Shown here: positions 11,782 to 22,729 of the stretch, piece by piece
How the letters are laid out: the number at the start of each line of letters is the position of its first letter
Numbering within the stretch: the first letter of the stretch is position 1
From: Phoronis australis
Lineage: Eukaryota > Animalia > Phoronida
Direction: 5' to 3'
Length of the DNA stretch: 44,803 bases
NCBI GenBank assembly: GCA_002633005.1
Contig: NMRA01000169.1
Span: 1 to 44,803 of the forward strand
Program-made: the position numbers and the translations under genes
Notes under the pieces: generated by a model
Seen by the model: only the letters and a program-made list of their open reading frames with translations
The model's database searches: none
Told to the model about the DNA's origin: nothing

Positions 11782-12905
11782 TATCTTAATCTTGCCGTTC
11801 ATGTTGATTCTGTAGTCCATAACATTGATTTTTCTTTAACCTTGTAAGGCCCCTTCCAATGCAGAGTAAGCTTATTGTGTTCTGTGGGAAGTAATACTAA
11901 CACTCTTTGCCCCACTTGAAACTGCCTATATCTGGCCTTCTTGTCGTAGTAATACTTGTGAATACCCTGTTCTTTGCATAAACTTTTTCTAGCCAACTGG
12001 CATGTCTCCTCTAAGCGGTTCCTGAGCTCAAAGACATACTGGTAAGTATTTCGGACATCGTTACTGTCTTCCCCAGTTCTCTCGGTATTTGCATCGAACC
12101 TTTTACTGTCCTGCCGTATAACAACTCAAACGGTGAAAATCCTGTGCTTGATTGCAGGACTTCCCGGTAAGCAAATAGGACAGCTGGCAGGTACCGGTCC
12201 TAGTCCTTTGGTCTTTCTTGACACATCTTCTTCAGCATGTCCTTTAGAACACCGTTGACAGAGCCCGTTACAGCGTAGATTGTAAGGGGTCGTGTGCAGC
12301 TGCTTTGCACTCACAAGCCTGCTGACCTCCTTCATCAGTTCCGCTGTGAACTGCGCTCCACGATCACTCAGGATCTCTCGCGGGAATCCTACTCTACTGA
12401 AGATTTCTAATAATGCTTCAGCCACATGCTCTGTCTCAATCTTCGGTAGCGCCACTGCTTCTAGATACCTGGTAGCGAAATCTACCACCGTGAGAAGGTA
12501 ACTGTTTCCTTTGTCGGAAACTGGAGCTATAGGGTCAATCAGGTCGATTACGATCCTTTTGAAAGGCTCCTCCATCACAGGCATTTCTTCCAGGGGTACC
12601 TTGGTCACTTGACCTTTCGGGATTGTCTTCTGTCAGATGTAGCATGATCTGCAGAATCTGGTCACTTCTGATGCCACTCCTGGCCAATAGAAGTTGCTGG
12701 TGATACGTTCAGTTGTCTTCCTAAAACCTAAGTGTCCACCGAGTATAGACTCATGAGCAAGCCTCATCACGGACTTCCGTAAACTGCTCGGCACGACAAC
12801 TTGTTTAACCTCATCACCGTCTTTCTTTTTGAACATCCGATAGAGTATTCCCCGCTGAACCTCCAACATGTATGACCCCTTAGCTTGCTCCCATAACTTT
12901 TTCAT
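11782..12905 (-). pseudogene. Gypsy integrase (HHCC zinc finger, DDE core, GPY/F tail), frameshifted
   Basis: HESILGGHLG..FYWPGV..CRSC; PFKRIVIDLI..YLLTVVDFATRY..ILSDRGAQF..TTPY; YYDKKA..VGQRVLVLLP..WKGPY, split across three ORF pieces. Confidence 0.93.
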
Positions 12906-14378
12906 TGATGAATCTTCATGCTGGGATTCTTTGAACTGTTTAGTCCCACCTCCAGTATAGTCGGAGACACAGCTAACGGCTTAATGACCGCTTTTTGTCG
13001 CTCTGCTTGAGCCCTGGTAGTCACTGCTACCGCTTCCCTACTGGATTCATCAGGATCTCTTTCTACCGACATGTCGGCCACCTCTTCTCCCTCTAGAGTC
13101 ACTTGCTTCTTCTCTTGAGAAGTAGTACCTTCTTGAGAGTCATCTTTCGGTCCCTCCACAAGGCTATTGCCTGTACTGTCCTCGTTGGCCGTTAATGCTC
13201 TCTGCTGTAGCTCAACATCCCCTGGGTTCAAGGCATCATGTACATTCCTGATAATCAAATCGGCCACTGGACGCTCCATGCACATCGCAAACATTTCTCC
13301 TGTGTAGTACAGTGTCTTGATGTTGATCCTGGCGTCCTCTTTGCTCTGGGAACCTCGGTGGTTGACCGCTGCTGACTTTTGGTGTTGTATCCCTTGTGTC
13401 CGCTTCCGACAGTCTCTAGCCAGGTGTCCAGTTTTGTGGCAAAAGAAACACCTTTCCTCTGCGAGGTCAGTTTTCTTCTGTTCGACTCTCTGGTTGTCTG
13501 TCTTGACTGGTCGTTCTAGGGACTTCTTCGACTGAGTGCTCGTTATATCCACTCCATGGACCTTAATATATCGTTCTGCTAAGCCCACCATCTCTGGAAC
13601 AGTCTTAGGTGTCGCTCTCGCAGGATCAAAGCTTAGTACAGGTATTCACGTACTGCTCACGCACCAACAGGTCTCTCAACTCAGCAAAATATTTACCACA
13701 GTCAGACATGTCGATCCACCTGTCTAGGTAACGCTGTATGCGTGTCACAAATTGGTAAGCTGTCTCTCCCTTCTCAGCCCTCGCTTCCTGGAACTGTCTG
13801 CAAAAGCCCTCCTCTGTCAGCTCATACCGCTTCAGCAATGCTCTTTTGAGTGTGGCATAGTCCAGTGCATCAGACACTGGGAGGCTGGTATAAACCTGCA
13901 GGTCCTTACCTGTTAACAGGGGACTGACACTAATTGCCCATTCACTCTGTGTCCAACCCTGGCTCTCTGCGTATCTTTAAAACCTTCCCAGGAAGTTGTT
14001 CATACATGTATCATCCTGCTTTTCGTCAAACTTAAGTAGCTTTGGCTTTACACCACCAGTTGATCTAACATGGCTACCCTCCGCTGCAAGCTGTTCAGGT
14101 TTCAGTGCAGATAGCGCCCTCTCGTGTTCCATTCTTTCTCTCTCCATCTGCTGTTCGGCTTCGCGGGCTTGCCTCCTCTCATCGGCCTCAGCCTCTCGCG
14201 TGTGCCTTCTCTCCTCGGCCTCACGAGCTTGCCTTCTCTCCTCAGCCTCAGCCTCAGCCTGAGCCTGAGCACGCGCTTCAGCTTGTTGTTTTTCAACAAA
14301 CTGTTTGAGATTGTCTCCCTGCAGACCAATTTCTTGTCCTTGTGCCATCAACTCTCTTAGTTGAGATCTTGTCTCCAT
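12902..14378 (-). pseudogene. Gypsy gag (coiled-coil, capsid/SCAN-like, CCHC knuckle) plus protease C-terminal remnant
   Basis: KPKLLKFDEKQDD; DYATLKRALLKRYELTEEGF..ETAYQFVTRIQRYLDRW..DLLVREQY; CFFCHKTGHLARDC; VADLIIRNV resembles the protease C-terminal D-x-I-I-G-N motif. Catalytic D-T/S-G segment not seen; stops and frameshifts present. Confidence 0.88.
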
Positions 14379-14433
14379 AGCGAGTCGCTAATTCCAACAG
14401 TCCACTTTATCAAACCTTGTTACCGTCAGTAAG

Positions 14434-14451
14434 CTCCTTGAGTGCTCGCCA
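14434..14451 (-). promoter_or_regulatory. Primer-binding site, probably tRNA-Arg
   Basis: Minus strand TGGCGAGCACTCAAGGAG begins 2 nt after the 5' LTR; it matches 14/18 of the vertebrate-type tRNA-Arg(ACG) 3' end as I recall it (CTCCTGGCTGGCTCGCCA). Confidence 0.7.
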
Positions 14452-14453
14452 AT

Positions 14454-15273
14454 TGTTACGTTTTTCCCCGTGTGTGGGTGGGCACAGGTTGTTACAGACC
14501 GGTGCTAATAGCTTTCGGTGCGACGATTGACTGAAGACTGGTTCGAGCTAATCCTTTATTAATCCCGACCGTACGTTCACAAGCCTACTCAAACAAAACG
14601 TTCGACGTAATATCTGTTTATGCTCCAACCAATACTGCGAAGCCTTGACTTGTGATGACTTTCTGAGATACTTCCAGCAACTGTTACACTCGTTGATTCA
14701 ATTCCTGCTGTCTCTGTAGCTGGCTCTCTATTGACTATCGCTGTAACTGCTGATTCTCTTCACTGCAACTCAACTGCAACTCTCCTGATTAACTTTCTTG
14801 AACTGACTTGATCTTCTCTTGAACTGATTTGATCTCTGGACTTGATCTCCCGACTTGATCTTTAGGTGAACTGACTTGATCTGACTTGATCTCCCGACTT
14901 GATCTGACAAACACAAACCCGTGCTTGTGTATTTATAGCCTTATGCATTGTTCTGGAACTTTACATCAATTCAAGCACATTCTAGAACTTTCCTGAATTT
15001 ACCCAACCGTTCTACAAACATGTAATAGTCTCTAGAATATTCCGGACTGCATTAATCACTGTCATGTTAGAGTCTTCTAGAAAGTTCCACACTATACTGT
15101 AGTAAACAAATTACATCATCACTGTTCTGACCTCAGTCTACTAGAAAGTTCCACTCTATTTTGTAGTAAACAAATTACATCATCACTGTACTTAACTCAG
15201 GGGTCATGCCAATCAAACAAAATAATAAAACAAAACAATACAACTAAAAATACTGTCAGACTATATTCTGACA
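14454..15273 (-). repeat. Complete 5' LTR (820 bp)
   Basis: TGT...ACA ends; minus-strand TATAAA at ~14932-14937 and AATAAA at 14555-14560; internal gacttgatct repeats (14800-14905) and a ~50-bp duplication (~15076-15189). Confidence 0.93.
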
Positions 15274-15553
15274 GTTGTGAACATAATATAAGTACACTAG
15301 GTAAATTTAGCAAAGTTCCTGCAAACGGTTTAGGAGATATAGCCATGGGTGCAAAAAAAAAACAAGACTGCCACTACGAGGCGCCACAGTAGTCGGAATC
15401 GCCAGAAAATCATCGTTAGCGGTCCTCTTTATAGTAAGAACAAACATGCCAATGGGGCTATTCGTAAAATTTACATTAACTATAGGGCGCGCGTGTACTA
15501 ATGGTGATAGATTAACAGTCTCGATTTCGCAGGCCCTTTACATACATGGTAAA

Positions 15554-17480
15554 ATGGCTTGTAGCCGTGCCAACTGAATCAGACATTCCGTGAAAAGGGT
15601 GCTTCTATGAGAGGAAGTAAGCACGGCTTTATACAAAGGTAAGGTTTGTGATTATTTTAGCGATTATTCCATGTTTATTCTACTGACGACTGTTAACTGA
15701 GGTACTCGACGATTTTTACTTCGCGGCAGTCGCCAGTCGGGTTGATCGTTGTTTGTTGTGATGTGTGTTACGATACTTGACGTAACACTCGGGATCTTTT
15801 CGTACAACAAAGCAGTATGATTGTTTGGAATGATTTCTAACAGGTTTATCAGTGACAGTTACATCAATGAATGCTGAATGTTTATGCTGTTAACACGATA
15901 TTGGTTAGGGAGTTAATATTACGATACAAGCCCGAAGGCAATGTCATGGCAAAGGGTACGTGACAAATGTCCATTAGACTATTTGTTTATTCCCTAGCCT
16001 CTGTCTTCCGGAAGTCCATTACAAGTTGAAATGGAATGTATCATGTCTGTTTCCACATGAGCTTTGGTTTATAGGTTTGAGGGCTTGCAGCGTGCAGAGG
16101 AGAAATGCATCGCTTTTGAATCCTCCCTGAATGGAAAAAAATTGGTTTTAAGCAGATGACTGCAGCTAAGCAGCAAGATCTTCCCATCCAGTGCAGGGCT
16201 GTTGTCAAAGCCTACTTTCTATACTGGAGACAACGAATAAAGCCTTTGAAAAGGAACAGTTATGTTTAAAGAAAGATAAGTCGTTTTGTTAATTTACTTA
16301 GTCAGGTCTTTAGAGGGGGATTGGCATACGGGGTTGGGGTTTTAAAATTTAGTGCAACTGAATATGTGGGAATAAAAGGTAATAGTGTCCAGGGGATATA
16401 GCATGGTGAGGTAATTCTTAACCTTCATGAAATTCCTTCAAGTTTATTTCATGAAACTGTTTTGCTATCAATTGTAAACCCACAAAATGTGATATTTTAC
16501 ATTTTCTGAATTCTCAGTGACTGAATCGTCTTAACTCAAGCCTTGAAATGTCGCAAGTCATTCACAAATACAAAAGACTGTCATTGTTTTGTGAAAATTG
16601 CATTTTTGATGGTGCCTTACGATTTATTATTACTCTTAAACAACAAAAAGATTATCCATCATTTTTAAGTGACTCAAGTCTTCATATCTTCTTTTAGAAG
16701 AAAAATAAAACTGATGAGAAACGGTTCCCTCAGCCTTAGACTAGAAGTATGCTTGACTGACCCATGAATCTGTAATCAGAGTTAAAGGTTGCTGAAAGTA
16801 TCAAAAATAAACAGGCTTGAAAATGGGTAACAAAGGTTTGAAGTAGTCTCAAATAACTTGCATATTTTGCAGACAAGTGATGCGTTTAAAGAATTGTTAT
16901 GGCTACGAATGAAAAATAATGACGCAGTTTTAAACAGTACTTGTACAGAAATTGTAGAGAAGTCACCATATCATATTTTGAAAAACAGGGGTAGCATTTT
17001 TTACCCAACCTGGAGTACATGATTATTCATTATTTCAATATTTGTTCCAGATTCAGTGACATTTTAAGGCCACTTCAAGCCGCAACATAGACAAGCTCTG
17101 TTGCTCATTTCTCTTCCCATAGCATTTCCACACACTAGGAGTCCTGCATGGCAGAATGTCAGTGGCCCTCGAGAAATGTGAACTGCAGTACGAAGTTACC
17201 ATAGTACAACGTGCCAGTGGATTGTTTGTGTGTGAAGAGAAACTATATATGACTGCTACAAAAGTCAGCCTCGTTGGTGAGGATGCCCTCTCATAGGCAA
17301 TAATTCATGTGTGGAGAATATCATATTTCCTTTTGTGGAAGAAACATAAGGGATTGATGCTAAAAAGACCTAGTGACACTCTGGTCTAGTTCAGGGTCAG
17401 ATTTTGGGCACAAAATGAGTCAAGTGATATGCTGTTCCGTTTACCTTCAAGGAACTAATTGTGGATGTTATTGAGGCTGA
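15554..17480 (+). pseudogene. Intron-containing SAP/YqaJ alkaline-exonuclease-like accessory gene remnant
   Basis: QLNQTFREKGASMRGSKHGFIQR followed by donor gtaag at 15639; SGLFVCEEKLYMTATKVSLVGEDAL (~17216-17290) resembles GLxV..PxLxAxPDGLV; VQGQILGTK*VK*YAVPFTFKEL (from 17389) resembles QVQGQ. Confidence 0.6.
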
Positions 17481-17539
17481 ATGAGGTTAAATGAAGGAAA
17501 GCCAAGTGTCGAAACTGGACCTTTTTTACAAGCGCTTCT

Positions 17540-18830
17540 ATAGACCATTGAAACTAGATCCCTGTGAAATGAAAACCAAAAGCGTCTGGTGTAAATACCT
17601 GTCTTTTCTCTCTGAGTGACATTAACTTTTCCTTTCATAAGAAAGGCTTCATACCAATGGTAAAAATTTTTAAATTTGGTACACATTATGGGGAAATGAC
17701 ATTCAGTTACTGCATCGATTTTCTTGTCAGTAGAAAGCCCGTTAATGTTACACTTCGATAATCGAATAAATTTTCCATCAGCAGACAAGTTTGTCACTAA
17801 TTAATGAAACCACAATATTTCCTCAGTTTTAAAGCCTCATACAGTACAGTTGTGCTTATTCTTTATAAAGCTGAAATGATTACCGATTACGCTTGCGAAT
17901 TGTCATTTTCCTGTTGACCTCTAGAGATGAGCAGCTATCAAAATGAAGTGTTCCCTTTCTTTGCATTTTATTTATTTGTACGTGTAATTATTTTTAGAGC
18001 TTTCTTAAGAAGGCCTTTGAACAATTTTAAGTTTTGTGTTAAATTGTCCACAACGAAAGTTCCACATGCAAGACAGTTATGTTTTCAACTGTACATGTAG
18101 CTAGCTGCATAAGAATCTGTTATGCACAAGATTCGAGAATAAACAATTATCAGTGAATTTAAAAAATAAAATGGCAAACGGAATAACCACACACATTCAA
18201 AGACAACATTGTTTTATTCCAACGCAATGTTACGACGTTTACTGAGTAGCTTGTTCATGTAAATTCGGTAACTAAACTGGAAGTCGTATAAAATAAGGAA
18301 ACTCACTCATCTAGAGAAAATTATTGGACATAACATAGCTTTCAAGAAAAACCGCTGTGAAAAAGTCACCCCTGACATCTGAGCGTCACGTACTATACAT
18401 GTACACCTCTTATATTGGGCGCATTCTCACCCAAGGTTTTTGTGAATATGTGCTGCTAACCTACCCGGCATCCGAGTCCCGGGTGAGTTTCCGAAAAGAA
18501 ACTCTTAGTTCCATTCAATAAACCTGTTCCTTAGTGGGGTAACTGGTTGAGATAACATCACATAATGATGACAATAGAAACTTGATTGCTAAAAACTTAC
18601 CAAGTAGCGTTATGTAGTCTCCCAATGGGGCTTCGGCATCCACACACTTTTTGTCAGTTGGTTGACCCTTTTGATACCAAATTCTCCACGAATGTAGTAA
18701 CCTTAGGTGTTTTGGGGAATTTTGTGACCGCCTGTCGAAGACTTGCACAGGTAAAATAGCAATAAAAAGGTTTAGCGCGACGACGTATTTTGATAACAAT
18801 TCGTCTTTTTACCAGCTGTTTACATGCAGA
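17540..18830 (-). pseudogene. Highly decayed THAP-DDE transposase remnant of the ISL2EU-like element
   Basis: LSADGKFIRLSKC..GLSTDKKI..VTECHF..AFLMKGK..TQRE resembles ISL2EU/Harbinger-type DDE segments; THAP-like fragments (PKHLRLLHSW; IKRVNQLTKSVWMPKP) at ~18620-18730. Confidence 0.45.
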
Positions 18831-19889
18831 CAGCGACGCATGCGCAATTCAATAACCACTAGTACAACAGCGACACCGTGCGGAGAACTATCCGAATAGC
18901 CCCATTTTCACAATCATCCTTGGGGCCGTTTGGTTGACAGAGGGGTAGAATAAAACAGTAAAAATGGCCACTAGGTGGCGCAACCTACGTCAAGTCCATC
19001 CAAAAACGGGATGATGGCGTCATATGGCTAGTAGATGCCTATACGCCAAATTTTATGACAAGACGTTGAGGACCTTTGAAGATACAGAGGTAAACGCAAA
19101 GAATGAAATTGCCACTAGGGGGCACACCAGTAGTCAGATGCATCCGAAAGATGTCGTCATCCATTGTCAACATCATATAAATACACTTGCCAAATTTAAT
19201 AAAGATCCTGAAAACGGTTTAGGAGATAGGGCCATGGGCGCAAAACAAAACAAAAATAAAACTAGGAGGCGCCATAGTAAACGAAATCGTCGGAAAATCA
19301 CCGTCAGCCGTCCTCTTCATAGTGAAAATATACATGCCAATTTTTACAATCATCCTTAGAGCGGTTTGGTTGATAGAGGCGTGGACGCTAAAAACAGACT
19401 CGAAAATAACAAAAATGGCCACTAGGTGGCGCAAAGTTCGTCAAATCCACGCAAAAACGGAAGTATAGCGTTATCTTACTAATAGATGCCAATATGCCAA
19501 ATTTTATGAAAATATGTTGTGGATCTTTGAAGATATATAGGTAAGCGAAAAAACTAAAATTGTCCCTAGGTGGGCACATCAATGGTCGGATCCGTCCCAA
19601 CGTTCGCTTATGCCGTCCCATTTGTAAAAGAAACACGTGTGCGAAATTTCATGAATGTATGTCAATGGGCTTTGAAGATAAAGCCGCGGACGCCGGAAGC
19701 CAGACAGACGGACGGACGAGATGACGGAATAATACGTCATCATATAAATATGTGGGCGCATAAAAATTAGTACCTAATAAAAGGACATGAAGTAGGGATA
19801 TTAATGAATTATCAACCACTATACACTGTACATTCATCAAATCCATGTCAAGATCGCATAAAAAAGCGCGACTGAAAAGTTTATGGCCG

Positions 19890-19995
19890 TTCACCCAGAT
19901 GTCATTTTCATCTAAATCTCATTTACCCCTAAATGTCATTTTCAGACTGATGATACTTTCACTCAAGTGTAATTTTCACCCAGATCTCATTTCGC
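19890..19995. repeat. Degenerate ~17-bp minisatellite (TTCACCCAGATGTCATT-like)
   Basis: About 6 diverged units: ttcacccagatgtcatt, ttcatctaaatctcatt, tacccctaaatgtcatt and so on. Confidence 0.6.
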
Positions 19996-20194
19996 TCTTG
20001 ATTTGCTGCCATAATATCTGCTGTTTGTAAATTTCAACACAACGCTTCTGAAAACGCGTACCGTCAGTCACATCACGCCAGTAGTCTTGGAAAAGTACAG
20101 GTATCGCCTGAATACTGCAAATTTGCTTCAACAGCAAATGATAGTTCCGCATCAGACATGAGCAACGTGGCCGTGAAATGAACGACAGTTAACA

Positions 20195-21555
20195 CTATTG
20201 GAATTTATTTAGGAGTGTTAAAGTGTGACACAAACTTCCAAAGTCTTTTTGAGCTCCTCTGTCACTACTATCATTGAAAGCAGGTCTTATAATATCCGGC
20301 ACCAAACATTTGTGAACATGTTGGTAGCAATTGGGTTTATGATTCTGCCTGCCTGATTCTTTACGAGGGGTTTTAACCCTTGAAGACGATAAAATGAAAT
20401 GAGTGTGCCCTGCATGTTGCATGGACGGCGTGAAAACGTTTTCTTTAACCTGAGGAATAAGGGTCTGGAGGTGAAGGGGTATAGTGTGAACGACCTGGTC
20501 AGTACCGCCTCTTGCAAGCGGTTGTGTTGTCAGGACTTCTTCTTCTTGAGATGCCGTATGTTTCACCCTATGCCTGGAGTTTCCTGCACGGTATTCGGGC
20601 AGCGTGGGTAGTTTTACACGGGACCTGAAGTTTCTATCAGAAACTAATGATTCCAATTGTTGGCCAACTGAGGTATCACTGTTTCTTACCCAGTAGGACT
20701 TTCTTGCTTTGCTACCAACTCGGTCGCGTATTCTAGAAGTCGAGAATAGGACGACAGATCGCAGTGAATCAATTTCCTTCTCAATAGCGCCAGACGGGTC
20801 ACCTGCTTGCGGTATCGGAAAATCGCCACCAAACAGCGCACGTGTCATGTCTGACACTTTTAAACTGTTTGGTGCAAGCGAGTCGTTAAATTTGTGTTTA
20901 CTTCTTTCAAGTGTTGACGTTATTAGGGCATTGGTTTTGCTCTTAATGTCATTTTTCTTCTTCGTTTTACATGAAGCCACTGATTTACAAAAATTATGTT
21001 CCAAATGAGACGTATCATTTGAGTGATCTTCGCGAAGGTCTCTTCGTAATACGCTTAAAGAGCAAGCGGACACATTTTCTTTAGAGTTAAATTCTTGGAA
21101 TTCCAAGTTACCCAATATGCATTTTGGTATTATTTTGTTAGCCAGCATCTCGCCAAATTCGGGAAACTTAAGCTCATTAACATCGCAATTGGCTGGAGTG
21201 ACCCGTAAAGATGGCGTGCATGGTCTGGAAACCACATGAGAGTTGTTTCGGTTCAGCTGCTCTTGTGCAAGTGCCCTGCAGTCCTTATTCTCTTGAGCTG
21301 GTTCTTCCGGATACTGGTTACTCTTGCTTGCTTCATGGCTGTCGCTGTCCTCGTCACTCGCAAGAGTTTTCACGTCGCTTTGTAGTTGATCATCAGCATT
21401 CATTTCCGAAGATACGTAGTCTTCAGGGGGCGCTGACGTTGATGGCGGAGCGTGCACCTCGTCGGTTCTCGGGTAGTTCGACGACACCCAGTGTTCAACT
21501 GAAATTTCCTGATCGTCATCTTTCGATGCATTTTCAGCGTACTCGCACAAGCAGT
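20195..21555 (-). CDS. Terminal coding exon of an uncharacterised host gene (Ser-rich, probably largely disordered)
   Basis: Lies in a 471-codon stop-free frame in AT-rich DNA with no TE motifs; acceptor tacttcttgcag ends at 21556, phase 1; stop at 20195-20197. Confidence 0.72.
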
Positions 21556-22729
21556 CTGCAAGAAGTATCAACATTTTCACGCCGTCAGTGTTAGCCCGGT
21601 AGTGTAGCACTCGTTAATAGATGACCAAGGCACGAGGAAACCAACCGCCTGTTCAGTAACTCTAGGATCTCGCTAAAAAGCAAGGCTTCACGAGATTACG
21701 TGAGATATTGCCGTGTATTATAAATGAGAACACGTGGCATTGGCTAGATTTTAGCTTGGTCCTAGCGTAGGTCCTAGCGATACTAAACGCGCGCCAGGAT
21801 TGCGTTTCTTATAAGCAAGCCAGTCAAGAGGAAAGCTTACATTACTATATGCCTCTCTTCTTATGCATTGCTAGTTTCATGTTCGTTTTTGCATTTTCGC
21901 AATATTTTTGTGTTTACGGAAAGCAGGTAACTCGCCCTGTAAACTTCATGCAGAACTATGGATTACGGCGAAACACACATTTTCAAAAAGGAAGATAGCG
22001 GATATATGCGCATGAGCCTAAATACGCGGGTATTGCATAACATTTAGTGTGTCGTTACACGTTTGTTTTATGACAGCTTAAAGACTGTCTTTCAAGATCA
22101 AAACTGTCATTCAATCGTCGGATTCAACCCCATTCATGAAAGAAAAAACTATTAGATTGAGCTTCATCAACACAAAAATTTCACCAAGAGCTTCAAAACT
22201 ATGTAAAGTACACCTACACGAGTACGTATTTGCGTTTTTACAATTAATTCTTCAAAGTTTGCATACGCAAATTTGAGGGAAGGTATGGCACGTGGAGCAA
22301 CCCAGGAACACGTTAGTGTGATGTTTTATGCAAAAAGTGTAGTTGTGCACCCGTTGCGACATCTTTAAGCTGAACGTAACCTTTTTTCATGTCATTTTTA
22401 GTAAAACTACGGTTCGTTGATTATTCCAAACATATCAGACATATTTTCAGTTAATTACTGTAACTTAACTAATTAGCCATTCTCGTTGATGTTTAGAGGT
22501 ATATAAATTCCGGCCATTTCGTCTCTGCGGTTGAATTTACTGTGAGGATCTGTTCTACTGTTATTATTGTGCTGGTTTCCTAAAATAGGCGTCTCCACTT
22601 TCTGCGACAAAACAGTTTGTTAGGGATATAGTTTACTTTAGATTTAGGCATTGTTTAGTTTGTAGTAGCCTTAAAATGGCTGGAGTCGGCGACCAATATC
22701 ACAGTGACGTGAGTAACGCATCGAGACCT

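Larger units (their letters stand above)
10612..15273 (-). mobile_element. Degenerate Gypsy/Ty3 LTR retrotransposon, Gmr1-like (gag-PR-IN order), internally deleted
   Basis: TG...CA termini; 5-bp TSD GTTGT at 10607-10611 and 15274-15278; LTR homology 10612-10916 with 14454-14767; PBS, gag, CCHC knuckle and integrase present. Confidence 0.93.
15454..18903. mobile_element. Degenerate ISL2EU-like (PIF/Harbinger-related) DNA transposon, 3450 bp
   Basis: 11-bp perfect TIR ggggctattcg...cgaatagcccc; 2-bp AT TSD restores the host sequence gcca-AT-tttca; convergent remnants of a YqaJ-like gene (+) and a transposase (-). Confidence 0.82.
9910..19766. mobile_element. Non-autonomous Helentron/HINE-like element with ~145-bp tandem monomers, split into ~9910-10611, 15279-15453 and 18904-19766 by nested insertions
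   Basis: Monomers with a ccactagrkggcrc-like core at ~9994, 10136, 10280, 10432, 10556, 15371, 18968, 19112, 19261, 19419, 19564. Sequence reads through both insertion sites when compared with intact monomers at 19111-19360. Ends with (CAGA/CGGA)n at 19701-19718, an imperfect hairpin at ~19732-19761 and an A-run. Confidence 0.7.

Noticed and set aside
13317-14360. Several plus-strand and alternate-frame ORFs over gag
   Set aside because: Shadow frames of the repetitive gag sequence.
14795-14910. gacttgatct repeats with variable spacing
   Set aside because: Internal tandem repeats of the LTR, not a repeat-spacer array.
19024-19894. Cluster of 60-111 aa ORFs (likewise 10087-10492)
   Set aside because: They lie within or overlap the non-coding tandem-array element and show no protein motifs.
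21556-21610. N-terminus of the 471-aa ORF as a single-exon gene start
   Set aside because: The ORF starts at GTG; a phase-compatible splice acceptor ending at 21556 explains it better as an exon.
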